Origin: Candidatus Saccharimonadota bacterium
GTDB lineage: Bacteria > Pseudomonadota > Gammaproteobacteria > Enterobacterales > Enterobacteriaceae
Assembly (NCBI GenBank): GCA_049942775.1
Contig: CP188087.1
Span: forward strand, 390,001 to 422,000
DNA length: 32,000 bases
Direction of reading: 5' to 3'
Shown here: positions 1-8,566 of the stretch, in pieces
Layout: each line of letters starts with the position of its first letter
How positions within the stretch are numbered: the stretch's first letter is position 1
The notes under the pieces: generated by a model
Told to the model about the DNA's origin: nothing
Seen by the model: only the letters and a program-made list of their open reading frames with translations
The model's database searches: none
Program-made: the position numbers and the translations under genes

Positions 1-963
1 AATTGGAATAATCCAAAAAAAATAAAAGAATTGCACGAAAAAAAAAACTTTTTAGAAAAAATTGTTAAACCTTTAGAAATAATTAAAAATTCTATTCAAG
101 ATATAAATGATTTGTTTAAAATAATAGAAAACACTTCTGATTTCTCAATGTTACAAGAAATTAAAACAGAAATTTTAGAAATAGAAAAAAAAATTCAAAA
201 TATAAAAAAAATACATTTTTTTACAAAAAAAGAAGACAAATATAATTGTTATATAGATATACAATCTGGTTCTGGTGGTATTGAATCTCAGGATTGGGCG
301 AAAATTCTTCTTAAAATGTATTTACGTTGGTGCGAATTAAAAAAATTTAAAACTAAAATTATAGAACAAACAATTGGTGAAATAATTGGAATTAAATCAG
401 CAACCATTAAAATTTCTGGAAAATTTTCTTTCGGATGGATGAGAACAGAAAGTGGAATACATCGATTAGTTAGAAAAAGTCCTTTCGATACAGGAAACCG
501 CAGACATACTTCTTTTTGTTCAATTTTCGTATACCCGGATATTTATAAAAATAAAGAAATTAAAATTGATACATCTGAATTGCGAATTGATGTTTATAGA
601 TCATCTGGAGCTGGAGGACAACATGTTAATAGAACAGAATCAGCAGTTCGTATTACTCACTTACCTACAGGAATCATTACACAATGCCAAAAAAATCGAT
701 CTCAACATAAAAATAAAGAACAAGCTTTAAAACAAATTAAAGAGAAATTAACTCAATTACAAAATAAAAAAGAAGAAATACAAAAAAAAAAAATAGAAAA
801 TAAAAAATCTAATATTACTTGGGGACAACAAATTCGTTCTTATGTATTAGATCAATCTAGAATTAAAGATTTAAGAACTGGCATTGAAACCAGAAAAATA
901 AACGAAGTATTAAACGGAAATTTAGAATTATTTATTCTATCTAACTTACAACTCGAATTATAG
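1..963 (+). CDS. prfB: Peptide chain release factor 2, 5'-partial (enters from left edge)
   Basis: Frame 1 is open from base 1 (NWNNPKKIKELHEKK...), which aligns with E. coli RF2 from about residue 46 (VWNEPERAQALGKER). The TTG at 31 in the ORF track is therefore internal. RF2 hallmarks are present: the SPF tripeptide (RKSPFDT) and GGQ (SGAGGQHVNRTESAVRITH). The stop is TAG at 961-963. The programmed +1 frameshift site would lie upstream of the window. Confidence 0.95.
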   Translation, partial: NWNNPKKIKELHEKKNFLEKIVKPLEIIKNSIQDINDLFKIIENTSDFSMLQEIKTEILEIEKKIQNIKKIHFFTKKEDKYNCYIDIQSGSGGIESQDWAKILLKMYLRWCELKKFKTKIIEQTIGEIIGIKSATIKISGKFSFGWMRTESGIHRLVRKSPFDTGNRRHTSFCSIFVYPDIYKNKEIKIDTSELRIDVYRSSGAGGQHVNRTESAVRITHLPTGIITQCQKNRSQHKNKEQALKQIKEKLTQLQNKKEEIQKKKIENKKSNITWGQQIRSYVLDQSRIKDLRTGIETRKINEVLNGNLELFILSNLQLEL

Positions 964-975
964 GGCACTTCTTAA

Positions 976-2484
976 ATGTTAGAAATAGAAAAAAAGAATA
1001 AGAATAATGAATATAAAAATAGATCAGAAAAACTAAAAAAAATGAAAAAAAAAGGTTTTTCTTTTCCAAATAAATTTAAACCAAATTACACTGCTAAAAA
1101 AATTTTATCAAAATTTTCTGATTTTACTAAAGAAAATCTGAAAAAATTAAAGATAGAAATAAAAATAGCTGGACGAATACTACAAAAAAGAACTATTGGA
1201 AAAGCAACATTTATATTAATACAAGACAACACACATTGCATACAAATTTACATTAGACAAAATAACATTTTTTATCAACAAAAATATAAATCTTTAATGA
1301 AAAAGATAGATATAGGAGACATAATTAGTACACAGGGGGAATTATTTAAAACACAAACTAATCAATTATCTATAAGATGTATGGAAATAAATATACTAAC
1401 AAAATCTCTTAGATCTTTGCCTGAAAAATATCATGGTTTATCAGATCCTGAAATTAAATTTCGTAAAAGATATCTAGATCTAATAGCCAATAAAAAATCA
1501 AAAAAAAAATTTATCATTAGATCAAAAATAATTGCAGAAATAAGAAAATTTATGAATTATCACCAATTTCTAGAAGTAGAAACTCCAATGTTGCATACAA
1601 TTCCTGGAGGTGCCACAGCACGTCCATTTACGACTTATCATAATGCATATGATACAAGTATGTACTTACGAATTTCTCCAGAATTATATTTAAAACAATT
1701 AATTATTGGTGGTTTTACTAAAATTTTTGAAATTAATCGTAATTTTAGAAATGAAGGCATTTCATTCAAACATAATCCAGAGTTCACTATGCTAGAATTA
1801 TACATGGCTTATGCTAATTACAAAGACATGATGAATCTTTTAAAAAAACTATTAAAAAATATCTCAAATGAAATCTTTGGAACAAAAATAATAATGTACA
1901 AAGATCAAAAATTTGATTTTTCAAAACCATATAATGAATTTACGATGCAAGAATCTATTTTAAAATATGTTCCTAGTATACAAGAATCAGATTTAAAAAA
2001 CTTTAGTAAATTAACTGAAAAATCAAAAAAACTAGGAATTGAAACAAAAAAAAATTGGAAGATTGGAGAACTAATTAATGAAATATTTGAGAAAATAATT
2101 GAAAAGAAACTAGTTCAACCTACTTTTATAACTCAATACCCTATTGAAGTATCTCCATTATCTAGAAGAAATGATAAAAAAAGAAAAATTGCCGATCGTT
2201 TTGAATTTTTTTTAGGGGGATATGAAATCGCTAATGGTTTTTCAGAGCTAAACGATCCTGAAGACCAAAAAAAAAGATTTTTAGAACAATCTAAATTAAA
2301 AAAAATTGGATATAAAAATATCATGCATTACGATGATAACTACATTACTGCTTTAGAACATGGTTTACCTCCTACAGCAGGAATTGGAATAGGAATTGAT
2401 AGATTAATCATGTTTTTTACAAACCAAAAAAATATCAAAGATGTTATCTTATTTCCAACTATGCGATCTAATTATAAAAAATAA
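976..2484 (+). CDS. lysS: Lysine--tRNA ligase (class II)
   Basis: 502-aa ORF that is full-length colinear with E. coli LysS. Class II motifs are present (FRNEGIS, ELNDPEDQ, GLPPTAGIGIGIDRL). It sits directly downstream of prfB, as in the enterobacterial prfB-lysS operon. Confidence 0.96.
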   Translation: MLEIEKKNKNNEYKNRSEKLKKMKKKGFSFPNKFKPNYTAKKILSKFSDFTKENLKKLKIEIKIAGRILQKRTIGKATFILIQDNTHCIQIYIRQNNIFYQQKYKSLMKKIDIGDIISTQGELFKTQTNQLSIRCMEINILTKSLRSLPEKYHGLSDPEIKFRKRYLDLIANKKSKKKFIIRSKIIAEIRKFMNYHQFLEVETPMLHTIPGGATARPFTTYHNAYDTSMYLRISPELYLKQLIIGGFTKIFEINRNFRNEGISFKHNPEFTMLELYMAYANYKDMMNLLKKLLKNISNEIFGTKIIMYKDQKFDFSKPYNEFTMQESILKYVPSIQESDLKNFSKLTEKSKKLGIETKKNWKIGELINEIFEKIIEKKLVQPTFITQYPIEVSPLSRRNDKKRKIADRFEFFLGGYEIANGFSELNDPEDQKKRFLEQSKLKKIGYKNIMHYDDNYITALEHGLPPTAGIGIGIDRLIMFFTNQKNIKDVILFPTMRSNYKK

Positions 2485-2513
2485 AAAAATATCCATTATT
2501 TTAAGACACTCAT

Positions 2514-3746
2514 ATGAAAAATAACTCAAAAAACTTAAATGAAAAAAATATATTAGAAATAATTAAAAAATATAAAACTCCTCTATGGATATATGATAGT
2601 AATACTATAAAAGAAAGAATTAATCAACTCAAGAAATTTGATTCAATTCGATTTGCTCAAAAAGCATGTTCTAATATACATATTTTAAAAATTATGAAAG
2701 AAAATAAAGTCAAAGTTGATGCTGTTTCTGAAGGAGAAATAGAAAGAGCTATTGCTGCAGGATATAATCCAGAAAAAGACATCGTGTTTACATCAGATTT
2801 ATTTGAAACTGATCAATTGATAAAAAAAATTATTTCGTTAAAAATAACTGTAAATATTGGATCTATTAACATGTTAGAACAATTAGGAAAACTGTCTCCA
2901 GGACATAAAATTTGGTTGCGAATAAATCCTAAATTTGGATATGGACATAACGAAAAAACAAATACTGGAGGAGAAAATAGCAAACATGGTATATGGAATA
3001 TCCAAGAAAGTTTATCTTATATAAAAAAATATAAATTTCAATTAATCGGAATACATATGCATATTGGATCAGGAATAAATATAAATAATTTAAAAAAAGT
3101 ATGTAAAAAAATGATGGAAACAGTGTTTAACTTTAAACAAAAAATAAAATTTATTTCTACCGGAGGAGGATTCTCAATTCCATATAAACAAAATGAAAAA
3201 AAATTTAATATAGATAACTTTTTTAAAATTTGGGATAAGACTAGAAATAAAATTTCTCAATATTTTGGAAATCCAATAAAATTAGAAATTGAGCCAGGAA
3301 GATTTTTAGTTGCTGAATCTGGAATTCTAGTGTCAACAGTTAGATCAATTAAAAAAATGGGAAAAAAAAAATACACTTTAGTTAATGTTGGTTTTAATGA
3401 ATTAATAAGACCTGTATTGTATGGTAGTTATCACCACATATCGATTATTAAGAAAAATAAAGAAAAATCCATAAAAATGGTAAAAACCATTATTGGAGGT
3501 CCTTTATGTGAATCAGGAGACATTTTTACACAAACTAAAAAAAAAATGACAGCAAGTAGATTGTTGCCAAAACCAGAAATAGGAGACTATGTAATTTTTC
3601 ATGACACTGGAGCTTATGGCTCATCTATGTCTTCAAATTATAATAGTAGACCATTAATTCCTGAAATACTAATAGAAAATAAAAATTTTAAAATAATTCG
3701 AAAAAAACAAACATTTAAAGAAATGTTAATGTTAGAAAATATATAA
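2514..3746 (+). CDS. lysA: Diaminopimelate decarboxylase
   Basis: 410-aa ORF with a PLP-lysine context (FAQKACSN), a glycine-rich loop (GGGFSIPY) and the CESGD motif, all typical of LysA. Confidence 0.93.
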   Translation: MKNNSKNLNEKNILEIIKKYKTPLWIYDSNTIKERINQLKKFDSIRFAQKACSNIHILKIMKENKVKVDAVSEGEIERAIAAGYNPEKDIVFTSDLFETDQLIKKIISLKITVNIGSINMLEQLGKLSPGHKIWLRINPKFGYGHNEKTNTGGENSKHGIWNIQESLSYIKKYKFQLIGIHMHIGSGININNLKKVCKKMMETVFNFKQKIKFISTGGGFSIPYKQNEKKFNIDNFFKIWDKTRNKISQYFGNPIKLEIEPGRFLVAESGILVSTVRSIKKMGKKKYTLVNVGFNELIRPVLYGSYHHISIIKKNKEKSIKMVKTIIGGPLCESGDIFTQTKKKMTASRLLPKPEIGDYVIFHDTGAYGSSMSSNYNSRPLIPEILIENKNFKIIRKKQTFKEMLMLENI

Positions 3747-3754
3747 AAAAAATA

Positions 3755-4612
3755 ATGAAACATTTATTAATACAAACTCCAATAATTAATCCAATAATAC
3801 TCTCCATAGGACCAATATCTGTTTACTGGTATGGAATAATGTATCTAATGAGTTTAATATTTGCATTACAGTATGGGAAAAAAAATGCAAAACAACTAAA
3901 AATAAAACTAAAAAAAGAAGAAATAGAAAATTTAATATTTTACTGTTTTATATCCATGATTATTGGTGGAAGAATTGGATATATAATTTTTTATGATACT
4001 CAACTAATTACAGAAAAACTGTGTTCTATCCCAAAAATTTGGAACGGAGGAATGTCTTTTCATGGGGGATTATTAGGAGTAATTTTAGGAATAAAATATT
4101 TTTGTAAAAAAAAAAAGAGAGAATTTTTAGAAATATCTGATTTTATCATACCTCTAATCCCATTTGGATTAGCTATAGGAAGAATAGGAAATTTTATAAA
4201 TGGAGAATTATATGGAAGAATAAAAACAAACCTTGTAATATCTTTTCTATTTCCTAAAGCTAGGCAATTCGATCTAGAAATAGCAAAAAAAAAACCAGAA
4301 TTGTTAACAATGTTTAATCAATTTAATAATTTACCAAGACATGCATCTCAAATTTATGAATTTTTTTTTGAAGGAGTGTTTTTATTTTTCATATTTTACA
4401 AACTCAAAGATAAAAAACTTAAAAAAGGATTAATGACTGGTATTTTTCTTATTTTATATGGATTTATTAGATTTATACTAGAATTTTTTAGAGAGCCTGA
4501 TTTTCAAATAGGATTTATATTTAATAATTTTACTATGGGACAAATTTTGTCAATACCAATGATTGTTTTGGGAATATATTTAATAATAATTAATTTGAAA
4601 ATAGAAAAATGA
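3755..4612 (+). CDS. lgt: Phosphatidylglycerol--prolipoprotein diacylglyceryl transferase
   Basis: 285-aa polytopic membrane ORF with the Lgt signature ([25 protein letters not shown]). The TGA stop overlaps the thyA ATG (ATGA at 4609-4612), as expected for an lgt-thyA operon. Confidence 0.93.
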   Translation: MKHLLIQTPIINPIILSIGPISVYWYGIMYLMSLIFALQYGKKNAKQLKIKLKKEEIENLIFYCFISMIIGGRIGYIIFYDTQLITEKLCSIPKIWNGGMSFHGGLLGVILGIKYFCKKKKREFLEISDFIIPLIPFGLAIGRIGNFINGELYGRIKTNLVISFLFPKARQFDLEIAKKKPELLTMFNQFNNLPRHASQIYEFFFEGVFLFFIFYKLKDKKLKKGLMTGIFLILYGFIRFILEFFREPDFQIGFIFNNFTMGQILSIPMIVLGIYLIIINLKIEK

Positions 4613-5406
4613 AAAAATATCTTAAATTACTAAAAAAAATTATAAACACTGGACAAGAGAAATTAGATCGTACTGGAATTGGAGTATTATCTATTTTTGG
4701 TCATCATATCCGAATAAATTTAAATAAAGGATTTCCATTAATTACAACAAAAAAATGTCATTTGCCATCTATAATACACGAACTTCTATGGTTTTTAAAA
4801 GGAGACACAAATATAAAATACTTAAATAAAAACAATATATCCATTTGGGATGAATGGGCAGATGAAAAAGGAGATTTAGGTCCAATTTATGGAAAACAAT
4901 GGAGAAAATGGAAAACCTATGATGGAAAATCAATTGATCAATTAAAATTTATTTTAAAAGAAATAATAAATTCTCCCAATTCTAGAAGAATGATTGTTTC
5001 TAGTTGGAACACTGCTGAAATTTCACTAATGTCAATTCCTCCTTGTCATGTTTTATTTCAATTAAATGTTACAAATAACAAATTAAGTTGTCAAATATAT
5101 CAAAGATCTTGTGATATTTTTTTAGGATTTCCTTTCAACATAGCAAGTTATGCATTACTTATACACATGATAGCTCATCAATGTAAATTAAAATTAGGAG
5201 ATCTTTTATGGACAGGTGGAGATATTCATTTATATAAAAATCATTTAAAAAGTGCGTTAATACAACTAAAAAGAATTCCAAAAAAATTACCAAATCTAAT
5301 TATTAAAAATCCTAGACCAAGTTCTTTATTCAAGTATACATTTAATCATTTTAAATTTGAAAATTACAATCCTCATCCTCACATACAGGCCAAAGTTGCA
5401 ATATAA
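4609..5406 (+). CDS. thyA: Thymidylate synthase
   Basis: 265-aa ORF that is very close to E. coli ThyA. It has DRTGIG, the catalytic Cys context PPCHVLFQ, and [21 protein letters not shown]. Confidence 0.97.
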   Translation: MKKYLKLLKKIINTGQEKLDRTGIGVLSIFGHHIRINLNKGFPLITTKKCHLPSIIHELLWFLKGDTNIKYLNKNNISIWDEWADEKGDLGPIYGKQWRKWKTYDGKSIDQLKFILKEIINSPNSRRMIVSSWNTAEISLMSIPPCHVLFQLNVTNNKLSCQIYQRSCDIFLGFPFNIASYALLIHMIAHQCKLKLGDLLWTGGDIHLYKNHLKSALIQLKRIPKKLPNLIIKNPRPSSLFKYTFNHFKFENYNPHPHIQAKVAI

Positions 5407-5495
5407 ACTAAATTATATATCCTAAAATCAATTAACTAAAAAGCTATTTTTATTATTTTGAAATAAAATAACTTTATTATAAGGAATCATAAATA

Positions 5496-6830
5496 ATGAA
5501 AAAAAATTTTTATATAAAAACTTGGGGTTGTCAAATGAATGAGTATGATACTGAACTAATTGAAAAACAGCTGACTAATGACGGATATGTAAAAACTAAA
5601 AACCAAGAAAAAGCTGACATTTTTATATTAAATACTTGTTCAATAAGAGAAAAAGCACAAGAAAAAGTTTTTCATCAATTAGGAAGATGGAAAAAAATCA
5701 AACAAAAAAAACCAAATACAATAATCGCTGTAGGAGGGTGTGTTGCTACTCAAGAAGGAGAAAGAATTTATCAAAGAGCAAATTATGTAAGTATAATATT
5801 TGGTACACAAAGTCTACATAAATTATCAAAAATGATTAGAGAATCATATTCTTCAAATAATTTAATTATGGATATTTCTTTTAATAAATTTAAAAAATTT
5901 AAAATTCAAAAAAAGGTAAAAAAAACAAAAAAAAAAATAAGTTCATTCGTTTCTATAATGGAAGGTTGTAATAATTATTGTTCTTTTTGTATTGTCCCAT
6001 TTACTAGAGGAAAAGAAATAAGCCGTCCAGTAACCCACATTTTAAGTGAAATTGAAAAACTTTCAGAAAATGGGGTAAGAGAAATAAATTTATTAGGACA
6101 AAATGTAAATTCTTATCTAGGAATCGGAAAATACAATAAATTGTACAAATTTTCTGAATTGTTACTATTAGTGTCCGAAATCAACGGAATTGATAGAATT
6201 AGATTTACTACTAGTAATCCATTTCAATTTACAGATGATATTATAAATGCATATGCAAAAACAAAAAAAATTGTTAATTTCTTACATTTACCTATACAAA
6301 GTGGATCAAATAAAATCCTAAGAAAAATGAAAAGATTACATACTGTTCAAGAATATAAAGAAATCATAAATAAATTAAAAAATGTAAGAAATAATATTCA
6401 AATTAGTTCTGATTTTATAGTAGGTTTTCCAGGAGAAACCGAAGCAGATTTTTTAGAAACAATTAAATTAATAAAAGAAATTAAATTCGATATGAGTTTT
6501 AGTTTTATATATTCTAAAAGACCAGGAACTCCTGCGTCTAAAATGAAAGATTTTACATCCGTTGAAGAAAAAAAAGAAAGATTATATTTTTTACAAAAAA
6601 TAATAAATAAACAAACACTTTATTGGAGTAAAAAAATGTTAAATCAAGAAAAAATAATTCTTGTAGAAAAAGAATCGGAAAAAAAAGATTTTAATCTTAT
6701 GGGAAAAACAGAAAATAACAGAAACGTTTTCTTTAATGGAGAAAATAAACTAATTGGTAATTTTACTAAAGTGAAAATAACTGATTTTAGTGCTTATAAT
6801 TTATATGGAAAAATTATACAAAATAAATAA
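5496..6830 (+). CDS. miaB: tRNA-2-methylthio-N6-dimethylallyladenosine synthase (radical SAM methylthiotransferase)
   Basis: 444-aa ORF with N-terminal cluster cysteines (WGCQMN, NTCSIREKA, GGCVA), a radical-SAM CNNYCSFCIVP motif and a C-terminal TRAM-like region. An AAGGA Shine-Dalgarno lies upstream of the ATG. Confidence 0.94.
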   Translation: MKKNFYIKTWGCQMNEYDTELIEKQLTNDGYVKTKNQEKADIFILNTCSIREKAQEKVFHQLGRWKKIKQKKPNTIIAVGGCVATQEGERIYQRANYVSIIFGTQSLHKLSKMIRESYSSNNLIMDISFNKFKKFKIQKKVKKTKKKISSFVSIMEGCNNYCSFCIVPFTRGKEISRPVTHILSEIEKLSENGVREINLLGQNVNSYLGIGKYNKLYKFSELLLLVSEINGIDRIRFTTSNPFQFTDDIINAYAKTKKIVNFLHLPIQSGSNKILRKMKRLHTVQEYKEIINKLKNVRNNIQISSDFIVGFPGETEADFLETIKLIKEIKFDMSFSFIYSKRPGTPASKMKDFTSVEEKKERLYFLQKIINKQTLYWSKKMLNQEKIILVEKESEKKDFNLMGKTENNRNVFFNGENKLIGNFTKVKITDFSAYNLYGKIIQNK

Positions 6831-6852
6831 AAAAATATTTTTAAATAATAAA

Positions 6853-7317
6853 ATGAAAAATTTAAAATTAAATCTACAAATCATATGCATAAAAAGAAAA
6901 TTATTACCAAAAAAAAAAGATTTTATTTTATGGCTAAAAACAATATTTAAGGGAGAACAATGCATAGAAATAACAATTAGAATTGTCGATAAACCTGAAA
7001 TACATAATCTAAATTATAGATATAGAAAAAAAAATAAACCAACTAATATCTTATCTTTTTCTTATTTTAATAACAAACTAAAAAATAAATATTATTTTTT
7101 AGGAGATCTAATTATATGTTCAGAAATAATTGAAGAAGAATCAAAAATACAAAAAAAATCAATTCATTCACATTGGGCTCATATTATAATACACGGAGGT
7201 TTACATTTACTTGGATTTAATCATATAAAATATGATGATAGACAAAAAATGGAAAATATAGAAACTAAATGTTTACTATCTTTAGGTTTTAAAAAACCAT
7301 ATAATATTAGTCAATAG
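6853..7317 (+). CDS. ybeY: Endoribonuclease YbeY (16S rRNA maturation)
   Basis: Similarity to E. coli YbeY begins at the ATG at 6853 (MKNLKLNLQI.. versus MSQVILDLQL..). The metal-binding motif HIIIHGGLHLLGFNH (HxxxHxxxxxH) and KPTNILSF are present. The longer track ORF from 6790 would overlap miaB by 41 nt and has no homology support. Confidence 0.88.
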   Translation: MKNLKLNLQIICIKRKLLPKKKDFILWLKTIFKGEQCIEITIRIVDKPEIHNLNYRYRKKNKPTNILSFSYFNNKLKNKYYFLGDLIICSEIIEEESKIQKKSIHSHWAHIIIHGGLHLLGFNHIKYDDRQKMENIETKCLLSLGFKKPYNISQ

Positions 7318-7378
7318 TCATTTTTACTAAATCTTATAATGAGTAAAAATAAACATAATGAATGAGAATTATTTCACT

Positions 7379-7409
<31 letters not shown>

Positions 7410-7419
7410 TTTTTCTAAC

Positions 7420-8238
7420 TTGTTTCATCCAATAAGAAATGAAGATCCAAAAAGCAAGAAAGAATTAATTAAAATTATTAAAAACGCTAAAAAAAACAAA
7501 ATAATCGATTTAGATACTCGAAAAATGTTGGAAGGTGTACTAAATATTTATGAAAAAAGAGTGCATCAAATAATGATTCCAAGAACAAAAATGATAACTT
7601 TAGATTTTCATTGCAATTTTAAAACATGTATAAATACCATAATTAAATCTTCACATTCTAGATATCCTGTAATGAGCAAAGATAAAAACTATGTTAAAGG
7701 AATATTAATTGCAAAGGATTTATTACCATTCATGTACAAAAATTCAAAAAACTTTCATATAAAAAAAATATTGCGTCCAGCTATTGTAGTTCCTGAAAGC
7801 AAATTTGTTAATTTAATGCTAAAAGAATTTAGATCTAAAAAACGTCATTTGTCTATTGTAATAGACGAATTTGGAATTGTATCTGGATTAGTTACAATTG
7901 AAGATGTCTTAGAACTCATCGTAGGAGAAATAAAAGATGAGTATGATAAAAATAAAATGTTAATAATACATCAAATAAATAAAAAGTCTTTTAAAATACC
8001 TGGAATCATTGAAATAAAAGAATTCAATAAAATTTTTAAAACTAATTTTGATGATCGAGAAGTAGATACAATAGGAGGTCTAATTATGAAAAAATTGGGA
8101 AGATTACCGAAAAAGGGGGAAAAAATATCTATCAAAAAACATGTTTTTATTGTTTCTATTTCTGATAGTAGAAAAATCATACAAGTAAAAGTTTTGTTTC
8201 CAAATGAAAAAAAAATATCTGAAACTAAAAAACATTAG
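7420..8238 (+). CDS. corC: CBS/CorC_HlyC-domain Mg/Co efflux-associated protein CorC (YbeX); N-terminus disrupted by a frame change in the poly(A) tract
   Basis: 272-aa ORF colinear with E. coli CorC (DTRKMLEGVLNI, IMIPRTKMITL, SHSRYPV, IVIDEFGIVSGLVTIEDVLELIVGEI, VDTIGGLIM, DSRKIIQVKV). Homology continues upstream in the same frame through K(n)-SFFSNLFHP (E. coli NKKGFFSLLLSQLFHGEP). That frame is closed by TAA at 7378-7380, and the only suitable ATG (7358, MNENYFT) is in another frame. The coordinates given are the uninterrupted ORF from the TTG at 7420. Confidence 0.85.
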   Translation: MFHPIRNEDPKSKKELIKIIKNAKKNKIIDLDTRKMLEGVLNIYEKRVHQIMIPRTKMITLDFHCNFKTCINTIIKSSHSRYPVMSKDKNYVKGILIAKDLLPFMYKNSKNFHIKKILRPAIVVPESKFVNLMLKEFRSKKRHLSIVIDEFGIVSGLVTIEDVLELIVGEIKDEYDKNKMLIIHQINKKSFKIPGIIEIKEFNKIFKTNFDDREVDTIGGLIMKKLGRLPKKGEKISIKKHVFIVSISDSRKIIQVKVLFPNEKKISETKKH

Positions 8239-8566
8239 ACATTTAAAATATTTTTAAAAAAATTTTCAAGAATCTTAATAAAAAAACATTTTTAACAATT
8301 TAAAATTATTAAACTAAATATAAACAATTATAAAAATAAAAAAATCATTTTAATGAAAAATAAACAAAATAAAAAATTATTATTATAACAATATTATAAA
8401 AATATAATTTTTTATCAAAATTACTTTAAATTTATTATACGTATGACTAAGAAAATTATTAAAATAAATATTTTTAAAAATTATAAAAATTTTTTTATGT
8501 TTTGAATAATCGAAATTTATTAAAAAATTTTCATTTAAAAAAACTAAAAAAAATAAGGAAAAATTA

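Noticed and set aside
6790-6852. Upstream extension of ybeY that overlaps miaB by 41 nt
   Set aside because: It has no similarity to YbeY. The alignment to E. coli YbeY starts exactly at the ATG at 6853.
8443-8505. A 20-codon mini-ORF (MTKKIIKINIFKNYKNFFMF) in the corC-leuS spacer, considered as a possible leader peptide
   Set aside because: It has no Shine-Dalgarno, no Leu-codon run and no alternative hairpins that would suggest attenuation. Mini-ORFs of this size are expected by chance.
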